Assembly (NCBI GenBank): GCA_910588025.1
Contig: CAJUQG010000001.1
Span: 152,323-216,322, forward strand
Length of the DNA stretch: 64,000 nt
From: an uncultured Bacilli bacterium
GTDB taxonomy: Bacteria; Bacillota_I; Bacilli_A; RF39; UBA660
Reading direction: 5' to 3'
The notes beneath the pieces were generated by a model, which ran no database searches, was not told the origin of the DNA, and saw only the letters and a program-made list of their open reading frames with translations. The position numbers were made by a program, and so were the translations under genes. Positions 28,219 through 37,242 of this stretch are shown here, in pieces (the stretch's first letter is position 1; every line of letters starts with the position of its first letter).

Positions 28219-30345
28219 CTATGTAACATGTAATTGTATTTCTAAAACGGTATCAAACTGGATTACACTATCGGTAGGAACATTTGTACTTTCCACAACT
28301 CCATAACCATTCAATCGATAAGAAATACCTAATAAATTACAAAAACGAATGATTTCATTGGTACTCCATCCCACCACATCTGGCATTTTAAACTCTGTAC
28401 CATTAGTTAATAAAAATAATTTCGATCCTTCCAAAACCGTCGTATTTTGTAGTGGATATTGATTTACAATATAATTACCATTCCCAAGTACTACAGGTTT
28501 CACTTTTACTTTTTCTAAATCAACTAAAGTTTGATCCACCTGTTTCGAAATAAAATTAGAAATCGTAACGATCTTGCTCACATCAGCATCTTGCTTAGAT
28601 TCTGTTAAATTTAAGACTTTAGCAATTTCTCCAACCGCAGAGGAAACAGCTTTCATAAGAGCCGAAGAATTACTTACTAAACGTTTGGTAGAAAAATAAA
28701 AGACATATTGCGGATTTTCATAAGGAAAGAAACCTGCAAAACTTTTAACATAATCATATTCTCCTGTTAAATATCCTCCACTATTAGAAGCGATTTGAGC
28801 GGTACCAGTTTTTCCAGCAATCGTCACATTATCCGGCGCATATGCTTTATTATAAGAAAAACCGTTGTAAACCACATCATACATCATCTTTTTCATTTGC
28901 TCTATAGTAGTAACATTAGCAACTCTTCCTAATTCTTCTCGTTGCCCTTCACTCGTAACATTTCCATGAGCATCTACTATTTTAGAAATAATATATGGTT
29001 TTATCATAACCCCATCATTAGCAAATACCGATAAAGCTTGTAACATCTGAATTGGTGTAATCGTCATTCCTTGCCCAAAACTAGCATTAGCAAGTTCACT
29101 TTCATAACTAAAATCGACGATTCCTTCACTCTCCGAAGGTAAAGTAATTCCCGTTTTCTTACCAAAACCAAACTTTTCATAGAAATCCTTTAAAGCCCCT
29201 GCCCCCATTTCAAGAGCTAATTTTGTCGCTGCTACATTAGAAGAATAAGAAAAACCTGTATTGTAATTAATCGTTCCCCAACCAACATTATTAAAATCTT
29301 TAATTCTTGTTCCATCCTTTAACGTAATCGTTCCAGAAGAAAACATAGCATTTCCATCATAAATCCCTGCTTCTATCGCAGCCATAAAAGAAAAAATTTT
29401 CATGGTAGATCCAGGTTCATATTGATAGCTCGTCAAAGGATTTAAATAAGAAGTAATGCCATTTAATGTATTCAAATCAAAATTTGGAACCGTTGCACTA
29501 CCAATAATAGCTCCCGATTTTGCATCCATAACAGCAAATTGCGCCCAATCTAAACTATGCTCATTTTTTAATTTAGTCAAAACATTTTCCAAAATAAATT
29601 GAACATTATTATCAATCGACAAATAAATATCTGCGCCACTTTCCGCTTCTTCTGTAATCTGGGTATTTGGTAGTGGATATCCATACGCATCCTGTTGATA
29701 TTCCGTATAACCATCAACACCTTTTAACTGTTCATTAAAATAGGATTCGATTCCCATTTCCCCTTGAATTTCCCCTTGTTCATTTCGTCTTGCATAACCA
29801 ATTAAATAGGACGCATAACTCTTATTTTTATAAAAGCGTTTCGTACTAGAAATAAAACTAATCCCCGGTAACTCTAACTTTTGAATCGTTTTTTTAGTAT
29901 CTTCAGTGATTCCTCTTCCACCAGGTCCCAATTCTACTTGATACAAATCTTGATTCAATAACTTTAAAATTTGCTCTTCACTCATATGAATAATAGGTGC
30001 AAGCGCTCTTGCTGTCCCTTCTTTATCAACCACATGCTGTGGCTTTTTTTCATTTTTAGTTCGAGAAGAAGATAAATAAGCAATAACAGTATATGACTTA
30101 ACCGTTTTCGCCAGTTCATCCCCATTAACATCATAAATAGACCCACGCGAAGCATAAATTGGTTGCTTAGTAGTATTTCGATTATCGGCAAATTCTCGTA
30201 AATTAATCCCATCCACATCATTACTTAAAGAAACATAAGCCAACTTAGCTAAAATCAGCACAAAGAAAAAAGAAAAGACAAGCACTGTTATCTTTAAATT
30301 AATATTCATCGATAATCGTTGACGTTCTTTCCTCACTTTTTTCAT
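28219..30345 (-). CDS. class B penicillin-binding protein, FtsI/PBP2B-type with two PASTA domains
   Basis: TM anchor. Motifs STMK (SxxK), SSN (SxN) and KTGTA. Two C-terminal PASTA-like repeats. It lies downstream of ftsL. Confidence 0.88.
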   Translation of the reverse strand: MKKVRKERQRLSMNINLKITVLVFSFFFVLILAKLAYVSLSNDVDGINLREFADNRNTTKQPIYASRGSIYDVNGDELAKTVKSYTVIAYLSSSRTKNEKKPQHVVDKEGTARALAPIIHMSEEQILKLLNQDLYQVELGPGGRGITEDTKKTIQKLELPGISFISSTKRFYKNKSYASYLIGYARRNEQGEIQGEMGIESYFNEQLKGVDGYTEYQQDAYGYPLPNTQITEEAESGADIYLSIDNNVQFILENVLTKLKNEHSLDWAQFAVMDAKSGAIIGSATVPNFDLNTLNGITSYLNPLTSYQYEPGSTMKIFSFMAAIEAGIYDGNAMFSSGTITLKDGTRIKDFNNVGWGTINYNTGFSYSSNVAATKLALEMGAGALKDFYEKFGFGKKTGITLPSESEGIVDFSYESELANASFGQGMTITPIQMLQALSVFANDGVMIKPYIISKIVDAHGNVTSEGQREELGRVANVTTIEQMKKMMYDVVYNGFSYNKAYAPDNVTIAGKTGTAQIASNSGGYLTGEYDYVKSFAGFFPYENPQYVFYFSTKRLVSNSSALMKAVSSAVGEIAKVLNLTESKQDADVSKIVTISNFISKQVDQTLVDLEKVKVKPVVLGNGNYIVNQYPLQNTTVLEGSKLFLLTNGTEFKMPDVVGWSTNEIIRFCNLLGISYRLNGYGVVESTNVPTDSVIQFDTVLEIQLHVT

Positions 30346-30359
30346 AACTTCCTCTTTAC

Positions 30360-30653
30360 TTATTCATTTATTACTTTAATATTTTCATTATTATAACTCA
30401 AGCCTTTTTCTGTAGCAACTTGTTGAATCTTATCAAGACTTGCTAGCTCATCAATCTGCATGCTAAGCGAATCATTTACATCTTTTTGACGTTCAATCTT
30501 AGCTTTCATTTGCTCCACTTCAATATTACTTTCTGACAAAAGAGCTTTCGTAAGTACAGTACAAAGTGGCATCGTTACAATTAAGAAAAAAATCATCCAA
30601 TAAATTATTTTTTCTCCACGTACTATTTTAATTTTCTTTTTAGTCTTTTTCAT
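30360..30653 (-). CDS. ftsL: cell division protein FtsL-like
   Basis: 97 aa with one TM helix and a coiled-coil region. It sits between rsmH and the PBP gene and overlaps rsmH by 14 nt. Confidence 0.7.
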   Translation of the reverse strand: MKKTKKKIKIVRGEKIIYWMIFFLIVTMPLCTVLTKALLSESNIEVEQMKAKIERQKDVNDSLSMQIDELASLDKIQQVATEKGLSYNNENIKVINE

Positions 30654-31581
30654 CCTCTTTTATCCTTTCTATAACTCGTAGTTTAGCACTGCGACTTCTA
30701 CTATTTTCTTTCAATTCTTCCTCACTTGGAACAATTGGCTTTTTCGTTAATATTTGTATTTCAGGTTGATATTCCAATGGAATCTCTGGTAACCCTTTCA
30801 CCATTTCATCAACATTCGCATACGACTTAAAAATATTCTTCGTAATTCGATCTTCTAAGGAATGGAAAGTAATTACACAAATTCTTCCTCCTTTTTTTAA
30901 TAAAGAAATAGCATCTGGTAATACTTGCTCTAACACAGCTAACTCACGATTTACTTCAATTCGAATTGCTTGAAAAATATTTCGTTCTGGATGCTTTTTA
31001 TAAAAATAATTTGCTCCAACAGCTTCTTCGATAATATGTACTAATTCCGTCGTTGTTTTAATGGGCTTTATTTTTCGCACTTGCTCAATCTTTTTAGCAA
31101 TTTGTTTACTTCGACTTTCCTCACCATATCGAAAAAAAAGCTCACATAATTTTTCATAAGAATATGTCTCAAGTAAAGTCCTTGCTGTAAAATCCTTTGT
31201 TTGGTCCATTCGCATATCCAAGGTTTCTTCTCGCATAAAAGAAAAACCTCGCGATTCACTATCTATTTGTGGACTAGAAACACCTAAGTCAAACAAAATT
31301 CCATCTACTTTATCAATTCCTCTTCGATGCAATTCTTCTTTCATTTGTACAAAATTACAATGAATGAGTTCAAAATTCGTACCAATTTTTGTCAAACAAT
31401 CTTGCGAATATAAAATTGCTTCTTCATCTTGATCAAAAGCATATAGCATCCCATGTGGAATTGCTTTTAAAATCTCACTAGAGTGTCCTGCATACCCAAG
31501 CGTTGCATCAACATAAACGCCATTTTCTTTTAAATCTAAAAAACGAAGAGCTTCACTTTTTAAAACTGAATAATGTTTCAT
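30640..31581 (-). CDS. rsmH: 16S rRNA (cytosine1402-N4)-methyltransferase
   Basis: HYSVLKSEAL...YVDATLGYAGHS...FDLGVSSPQID...SLEDRI. Confidence 0.92.
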   Translation of the reverse strand: MKHYSVLKSEALRFLDLKENGVYVDATLGYAGHSSEILKAIPHGMLYAFDQDEEAILYSQDCLTKIGTNFELIHCNFVQMKEELHRRGIDKVDGILFDLGVSSPQIDSESRGFSFMREETLDMRMDQTKDFTARTLLETYSYEKLCELFFRYGEESRSKQIAKKIEQVRKIKPIKTTTELVHIIEEAVGANYFYKKHPERNIFQAIRIEVNRELAVLEQVLPDAISLLKKGGRICVITFHSLEDRITKNIFKSYANVDEMVKGLPEIPLEYQPEIQILTKKPIVPSEEELKENSRSRSAKLRVIERIKEDEKD

Positions 31582-32012
31582 AAATTCACATCCATAAATA
31601 AGTTTTCAGCGATATCCGACATATTCTCTTCACTATCTTCTAATACACTTTCCCATGCACTCTTATCCCATATTTCAATACGGTCGTTAGCGCCGATTAT
31701 GACACATTCTCGTGTTAAACCGGCATAACTAACGAGTGGGGAGGTTATGCAAGTTCTACCTTGACTGTCGAACTCGCAGAAAGTAGCACCTGAGAAGAAA
31801 GAACGAGTAAAAGTTCTGGCATCTTTTTTTGTAAAAGGTAGAGTATTTAACTTGCTAACCAGTTTATTCCAATCGTCTAGAGAATAAACATACAAGCATT
31901 TTTCAAGACCGCGAGCAATAATGAATTTGTCCTTTAATTCCGTCCGAAACTTGGAAGGAAGTACAATCCGGCCTTTTTCATCAATATTATGATGATATTC
32001 GCCTAAGAACAT
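31578..32012 (-). CDS. mraZ: transcriptional regulator MraZ
   Basis: MFLGEYHHNIDEKGRIVLPSKFR and a second SpoVT/AbrB-like half. ATG at 32012 is 5 nt after a GGGGGA SD; the track start at 32045 lies inside the operator repeats. Confidence 0.9.
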   Translation of the reverse strand: MFLGEYHHNIDEKGRIVLPSKFRTELKDKFIIARGLEKCLYVYSLDDWNKLVSKLNTLPFTKKDARTFTRSFFSGATFCEFDSQGRTCITSPLVSYAGLTRECVIIGANDRIEIWDKSAWESVLEDSEENMSDIAENLFMDVNL

Positions 32013-32021
32013 TTTCATCCC

Positions 32022-32066
32022 CCACTTTCTTCCACCTTGTACCACTATCTACCACTATATTACACT
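32022..32066 (-). promoter_or_regulatory. array of five 10-bp-phased (A/G)GTG(G/T) repeats, candidate MraZ operator
   Basis: The minus strand reads AGTGT-aatat-AGTGG-tagat-AGTGG-tacaa-GGTGG-aagaa-AGTGG. On the plus strand the motifs start at 32022, 32032, 32042, 32052 and 32062. Confidence 0.6.
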
Positions 32067-32144
32067 AACCCCTAAAAAAAGTAAAGAACTTCTCCCTACT
32101 TTCCAATATTTTTTGTAAATATTTTACTGTTAGAAAGAGAAAAC

Positions 32145-32173
32145 TTTACGTTTATTTTCACATAAGCTATAAT
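32145..32173 (+). promoter_or_regulatory. candidate sigmaA-type promoter of murC
   Basis: TTTACG, a 17-nt spacer, then TATAAT. A GGAGGA SD and the ATG at 32195 follow. Confidence 0.45.
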
Positions 32174-32194
32174 AAAACAAATGGAGGAAAAAAT

Positions 32195-33574
32195 ATGACG
32201 AATTTAGAAACGATACAAAAATACAAAAAAATTCATATGATTGGCATTGGTGGCGTAAGCATGAGTGGCCTTGCCGAACACTTAACACATTACGGTTTTA
32301 TAATTACCGGAAGTGATGCTCATGAAAGTGATAATACCAAACACTTAAAAGCTCTTGGCATTAACGTTCAAATTGGTCATCATCCCGAAATGATTTCAGA
32401 TGCCGACTTAATTGTTTACACAGCAGCTATTCAAGAAAATGACTTAGAACGCCAAAAAGCTCTAGAACTAAAAAAAGAACATATGGAACGCTCTGAATTT
32501 TTAGGTTTAATTACCAAATGCTACAAAGAATGTATTTGTATTAGTGGAACTCATGGAAAAACAACAACAACGTCAATGATTGCTACTTGTTTTTTAGAAG
32601 CAGAATATGACCCTACTATTGAAGTTGGAGCTTACTTAAAAAATATTAAAGGCAATAACAAAACCGGAAATAGTGATTATTTCATATTAGAAGCTTGCGA
32701 ATATGTCGATTCTTTTTTACATTTTTATCCCAAAACAGAAATTATTTTAAATATCGATAACGACCATTTAGATTATTTTAAAACAATAGATAATATCAAA
32801 CATTCTTTTCAAAAATTTATTCAAAGATTAGATAACAATGGTTTAGTAATTGCTAATTATGATGATGAAAATACGGTGGAAGTAACCAAAGATATACAAA
32901 GTTCACTAATTACTTATGCAATAGACCATAAAGCCGACTATCAAGCTAAAAATATTATTCTAGACTCCTATGGCTACCCTACTTTTGAATGTTTCAAAAA
33001 CGATAATTACTTCTTTACGTTTACTCTGAGTGTTCGTGGATTTCATAATATATTAAATGCCTTAGCTTGTATTGCCACTTGTGATTACTATCAAATTGAT
33101 GCAAAAATCATACAAAAAGGACTACAAAATTTTACTGGAGCCAATCGTCGCTTTGAAAAAATTGGAGAATATCAATCCATTCCTGTCTTCGATGATTACG
33201 CCCATCACCCTACCGAAATAAAAACAACACTAAATACAAGCAAAGAAATACCGCATCATGAAACATGGGCCATTTTTGAACCCCATACTTACACAAGAAC
33301 CGAAGAACATTTAAAAGAATTTGCCAAAATTCTCGCAGAGTTTGATCACATTATTTTAAGTGAAATCTACGCTGCTCGTGAAACAAATACTACTGGCATT
33401 TCTTCTAAAGATTTATTAAAATTAATTCAAGAAAAAAATCCTAATTCTATCTATTTGGACTCTTACGATAAAATCATCCTGTATCTAAAAGAACACGTCA
33501 GAAAAGATGACATCATTGTAACGATTGGAGCAGGTCCCATCAACCAAGTAGGATATCAATTAATTCAAAAATAA
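32195..33574 (+). CDS. murC: UDP-N-acetylmuramate--L-alanine ligase
   Basis: HMIGIGGVSMSGLAE, the GTHGKTTTTSM P-loop and DDYAHHPTEI. Confidence 0.92.
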   Translation: MTNLETIQKYKKIHMIGIGGVSMSGLAEHLTHYGFIITGSDAHESDNTKHLKALGINVQIGHHPEMISDADLIVYTAAIQENDLERQKALELKKEHMERSEFLGLITKCYKECICISGTHGKTTTTSMIATCFLEAEYDPTIEVGAYLKNIKGNNKTGNSDYFILEACEYVDSFLHFYPKTEIILNIDNDHLDYFKTIDNIKHSFQKFIQRLDNNGLVIANYDDENTVEVTKDIQSSLITYAIDHKADYQAKNIILDSYGYPTFECFKNDNYFFTFTLSVRGFHNILNALACIATCDYYQIDAKIIQKGLQNFTGANRRFEKIGEYQSIPVFDDYAHHPTEIKTTLNTSKEIPHHETWAIFEPHTYTRTEEHLKEFAKILAEFDHIILSEIYAARETNTTGISSKDLLKLIQEKNPNSIYLDSYDKIILYLKEHVRKDDIIVTIGAGPINQVGYQLIQK

Positions 33575-33578
33575 ATAT

Positions 33579-33627
33579 AAAGTACCTTTTAAATTAGCAC
33601 CAAAAAGCTATGAGAAAAAGGTACTTT
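33579..33627 (+). terminator. long-loop hairpin downstream of murC
   Basis: AAAGTACCTTTT pairs with AAAAGGTACTTT (12 bp) across a 25-nt loop and is followed by TCTTAT. The structure is atypical for an intrinsic terminator. Confidence 0.3.
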
Positions 33628-33643
33628 TCTTATGAAAAAAGAC

Positions 33644-33676
33644 ACATACCCTTTTTATATGTGTCTCCAAAATTTA
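33644..33676 (-). terminator. rho-independent terminator of the CDF transporter gene
   Basis: The minus strand reads AGACACATA, a 9-nt loop, then TATGTGTCT, followed by TTTTTTCAT. Confidence 0.6.
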
Positions 33677-33690
33677 CATAAACTACTTTT

Positions 33691-34557
33691 TTATAAGTCA
33701 ATCGGATTTACATGAATAGTAACCGTTAATAACTCAGGATACTTCTTTAATAGCTTTTTTTCTAAAAGATCTGCAATTTCATGACTTTCAAAAGTCGATA
33801 AATTTCCATCCACTAAAATAGATAAAATCAAAATATATTGATACCCCACAGGTGTTGTTTCAAATTTACTAATTCCCTCTATCTTTGGATTTCGTAAAAT
33901 ATACTTTTTAATCACCTTTACACGGTACTCATCCATCGCATGATCCATTAAAATAGCATAACTATCAAAGAAAATTTTAATTCCAGAATAAGCAATCCAA
34001 AAAGCGATTCCCATACTAGTTATACTATCAAAAAAAGCAAATGGTAATTGAGATAAAAGAATTGATATTAATGTAAAAGAAGTAACAATCATATCATTAC
34101 GATGGTCTAACATATTTGACTCTACCAAAATACTTTTCGTTTCTTGAAAAATCTTTTTTGAATAAAAATACAAAATTCCCTTCACTAAAATCGTAATAAG
34201 ACAGACCGCAATCAATAACCCTGAAAACTCTAACTCATGACCTGTAAACAGACCTTTTAATGCTTCAATAAAAATAAAAAGAGCACCAAAAACCATCGAC
34301 AAACTAACAAAAAGAGAAAATAAAAATTCAGCTTTGCCATGTCCAAAATGATGGTCACAATCGCGAGGCTTTTCGGCAATTTTTCCTCCTAATAATGTCA
34401 TAAAAGAAGCAAAAATATCCATAGTACTATTTATACCATCAGCAATCATTGCTTGACTAGAAAAAACAATTCCACTACTAAGCTTAATAAGCATCAAAAA
34501 AAGATTTCCCAAAATCCCGAAAAATCCAACTCGACTGACTTGTTTCATGCGTTTCAT
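33691..34557 (-). CDS. cation diffusion facilitator family transporter
   Basis: Six TM helices with HFGHGKAEF and a C-terminal cytoplasmic domain. 288 aa. Confidence 0.8.
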   Translation of the reverse strand: MKRMKQVSRVGFFGILGNLFLMLIKLSSGIVFSSQAMIADGINSTMDIFASFMTLLGGKIAEKPRDCDHHFGHGKAEFLFSLFVSLSMVFGALFIFIEALKGLFTGHELEFSGLLIAVCLITILVKGILYFYSKKIFQETKSILVESNMLDHRNDMIVTSFTLISILLSQLPFAFFDSITSMGIAFWIAYSGIKIFFDSYAILMDHAMDEYRVKVIKKYILRNPKIEGISKFETTPVGYQYILILSILVDGNLSTFESHEIADLLEKKLLKKYPELLTVTIHVNPIDL

Positions 34558-34676
34558 AATACACCTCTTAGAATCTTAAGAATAACATAATTTTAGCGAG
34601 CTTGCAAACCAAGATATCAAAAAAAAGAAAGTTAGATATATCTTTCCTTTTTGAAAAACAAAGATTATTGAAAGAA

Positions 34677-36332
34677 CTATTTTTGTAAATGAACTCGACC
34701 ACGTTCTACTTCAAAAATACTATCTGCAATATCCGAAATATCATCATTTGCCGAAAACAAAAGAATCGTTTTCTTCTCATGAAATTTAGTTAAAATACTC
34801 TTAATTTCCCTTTTATCCTCAGCACTCAAATAATTAGGAAATTCATATAAAATTAAAATTTCATTTTTCATAAGTAATAAACGTGCTAAACTTAACAAAT
34901 ATAATTCTCGTTTTGGTAAAGCATTCGCTTCATATCTTAACCCCTTAGGTAAACTAAGAATATAATCATAAATTCCAACTTGTTTTAAAACATCTATAAT
35001 ATGCTCTTTATTCCCATCTATCAACTTCATATTTCGTAGAATCGATCCATGGAAAAAGAAAGGTTTCGTGGTCAAATAATTAACATTTTGACGATAATTC
35101 TTTTCATCATAATCACAGATTTTAAATTGATCTACATAAATTTCTCCTTCTGTTGCCGTAATCATACGACGTAACAAATAAAAAATGGTTCGTTTTCCAC
35201 TATTCTTTGCTCCATGAAACAAAACCGTTTGATTAGATTTAATATGAATATTGACATCTTTTAAATCATTCAATTCAAAATCATCAACTTGTGAAGCATC
35301 ATAAGAAACATGAATAAAATCTATTTCTCCTTTTACATCATCTTTTTGAAGAGTTCCAAAATCAATTCTCTGCTTTTCATCAAAATTTAAAATAATATTG
35401 ACACGATTACAAGTAACATAAGCATTTTTTAACTCCGTTAATACTCCCATAAAGTCTTTACTATTTGTTACACTATCCGTTAAATAAGAAACTACGATTA
35501 AATAAACTGTAAGTGTCAAATTACCAGATGACAATAAATAAATTAAAACCAAAGTAATCAAATAAATAACACTTTTATAATATCCAAAAAAATTATTTTC
35601 TAACATAGAATTTGCCATAATCTTTTTGTGTTGTGCTTTCATAAATTGCTCATTTTTTCGTGAAAACTCTTGTTCCATTTTTTGCGTCAAAGCATAAGAA
35701 TCAATCATATTTTTAGAAGATAAAATTTCAGAAAAAGTTTCAAATTCTGAATCTACTTTTTCTTTTACATTCTTGATTGCCATACTAATTCTTGTATTAA
35801 TCCAATTTAAAACTTTATAATTTAAAAGAACCACAAATAACACCACAAAACCAATAGGAATAGATACTGTAAATACATATCCTAACGTTAACAAGGTTGA
35901 CAAAAGATAGCGAAAACGCGAACAGATTTGGTCACTAAATTTAGCAGTATCGTAAGCATCACTATGAAAAATATTAATCAACTTTTCTTTAGAAATATGT
36001 ACAAAGTTTTTTTCTTTTCCATGAATAATTTTATAAAAAATTCTTTTTTGAAGTCTTTTATAAATATCGCCAATTAGGTTATAAGTATTTTGATAATTTA
36101 AGATCCAAGAAAACTGACGCAATAACACAAAACATAATCCTAATGTCAAACAAAAAATTGCCATTTTAAAATTACCTTCTGCTAAACTAGTTGTTACTTT
36201 AGCAACATACATCGACTCACAAACCAAACAAATACTAACTACGATTACCGTTGCAAATTGAAAAAACCAATAAGTTTTCTTCGGCTTACATAATTGGTAC
36301 CATTCCTTAAACATTTGAATATTTTCTTTCAC
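34677..36332 (-). CDS. ABC exporter-type half-transporter (TMD-NBD) with degenerate nucleotide-binding motifs
   Basis: N-terminal six-TM exporter-like domain. In the NBD, Walker A is GAKNSGKR, the Q-loop Q is missing (YLTTKPFFF), the signature is LPKRE in place of LSGGQ, Walker B is ILILYE, and the H-loop reads FSANDD. Confidence 0.7.
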   Translation of the reverse strand: MKENIQMFKEWYQLCKPKKTYWFFQFATVIVVSICLVCESMYVAKVTTSLAEGNFKMAIFCLTLGLCFVLLRQFSWILNYQNTYNLIGDIYKRLQKRIFYKIIHGKEKNFVHISKEKLINIFHSDAYDTAKFSDQICSRFRYLLSTLLTLGYVFTVSIPIGFVVLFVVLLNYKVLNWINTRISMAIKNVKEKVDSEFETFSEILSSKNMIDSYALTQKMEQEFSRKNEQFMKAQHKKIMANSMLENNFFGYYKSVIYLITLVLIYLLSSGNLTLTVYLIVVSYLTDSVTNSKDFMGVLTELKNAYVTCNRVNIILNFDEKQRIDFGTLQKDDVKGEIDFIHVSYDASQVDDFELNDLKDVNIHIKSNQTVLFHGAKNSGKRTIFYLLRRMITATEGEIYVDQFKICDYDEKNYRQNVNYLTTKPFFFHGSILRNMKLIDGNKEHIIDVLKQVGIYDYILSLPKGLRYEANALPKRELYLLSLARLLLMKNEILILYEFPNYLSAEDKREIKSILTKFHEKKTILLFSANDDISDIADSIFEVERGRVHLQK

Positions 36333-36391
36333 AACTACACACCCTTTATGATAAAAAAATTATACCAAAAATAAAAGCAAAAAAAAAGAGT

Positions 36392-36952
36392 CTAAGCTCT
36401 TCCAGAATATTTTCCATCACTAGTAGAAATAATGATTTTTTCTCCTTGATTAATAAACAAAGGAACTTTTACTACATAACCAGTCTCAATAGTTGCATCT
36501 TTCATAGCATTATTTGTAGTATTACCTTTTACAGCTGGTTCTGTTTCCACAATTTCATATTCTACTTTTTCAGGTAAAGTAACTCCTAAAATTTCTCCTT
36601 CAAAAGAATCAATTTGAATTTCCATACTTTCTTTCAAAAACTTTGCTTCATTCTCTAATTTAGTAGCAGGAATCTCTAATTGTTCATATGTCTCAGTATT
36701 CATAAAAACATAATTTGCTCCATCAGCATATAAAAACTGCATTGGCATTTTATCAACATGAGCTCTCTCAATTTTAATATTAGTATTGTAAGTATTTTCT
36801 ACAATGCTTCCAGTTCTTAAATTTTTTAATTTAATTTTAATAAACGGACTACCTTTTCCTGGTTTTACATGTTGAAACTCTTGAATTAAACAAAGATTAC
36901 CATCAACAATTACTGTCATACCATTTTTAATGTCATTAATATTGATAAGCAT
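36392..36952 (-). CDS. efp: elongation factor P
   Basis: VKPGKGSPFIKIKLKNLRTG. 186 aa with typical EF-P organisation. Confidence 0.93.
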   Translation of the reverse strand: MLININDIKNGMTVIVDGNLCLIQEFQHVKPGKGSPFIKIKLKNLRTGSIVENTYNTNIKIERAHVDKMPMQFLYADGANYVFMNTETYEQLEIPATKLENEAKFLKESMEIQIDSFEGEILGVTLPEKVEYEIVETEPAVKGNTTNNAMKDATIETGYVVKVPLFINQGEKIIISTSDGKYSGRA

Positions 36953-36970
36953 TTTTTATCACTCACTCTC

Positions 36971-37144
36971 TTATTTTCCTATTTTAGTTTCTTTAAATGC
37001 AGTTACTTGCTTACAAGTAGGACAATATTTATTTAATTCTAATTTATCAGTTGTATTTTTTTTATTTTTTACAGTAGGACGAAGATGTTTTCCACATCTA
37101 CTACATTTTAAACCAACAAATTGTCTGTTTTCATTTTTTGCCAT
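36971..37144 (-). CDS. rpmG: 50S ribosomal protein L33 (Zn-ribbon type)
   Basis: Not in the ORF track (57 aa). An AAAGGAGG SD precedes the ATG at 37144. Translation is MAKNENRQFVGLKCSRCGKHLRPTVKNKKNTTDKLELNKYCPTCKQVTAFKETKIGK. Confidence 0.88.
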   Translation of the reverse strand: MAKNENRQFVGLKCSRCGKHLRPTVKNKKNTTDKLELNKYCPTCKQVTAFKETKIGK

Positions 37145-37197
37145 TTTGCTTGCCTCCTTTTAAAATTCATATGTATTATATCAAATAATCATTAATT

Positions 37198-37233
37198 TTC
37201 AAAGAAAAATAGAAAGAATACCCTTTCTATTTT
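37198..37233 (-). terminator. rho-independent terminator of the repeat-protein gene
   Basis: An 11-bp stem, AAAATAGAAAG pairing with CTTTCTATTTT, around a 6-nt loop. The minus-strand reading is followed by TCTTTG and more T-rich sequence. Confidence 0.55.
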
Positions 37234-37242
37234 AAAGCAAGA

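Noticed and set aside
36930-37163. Plus-strand 77-aa ORF from the track.
   Set aside because: It has no SD and a low-complexity hydrophobic translation. The opposite strand encodes an unmistakable L33 with a strong SD.
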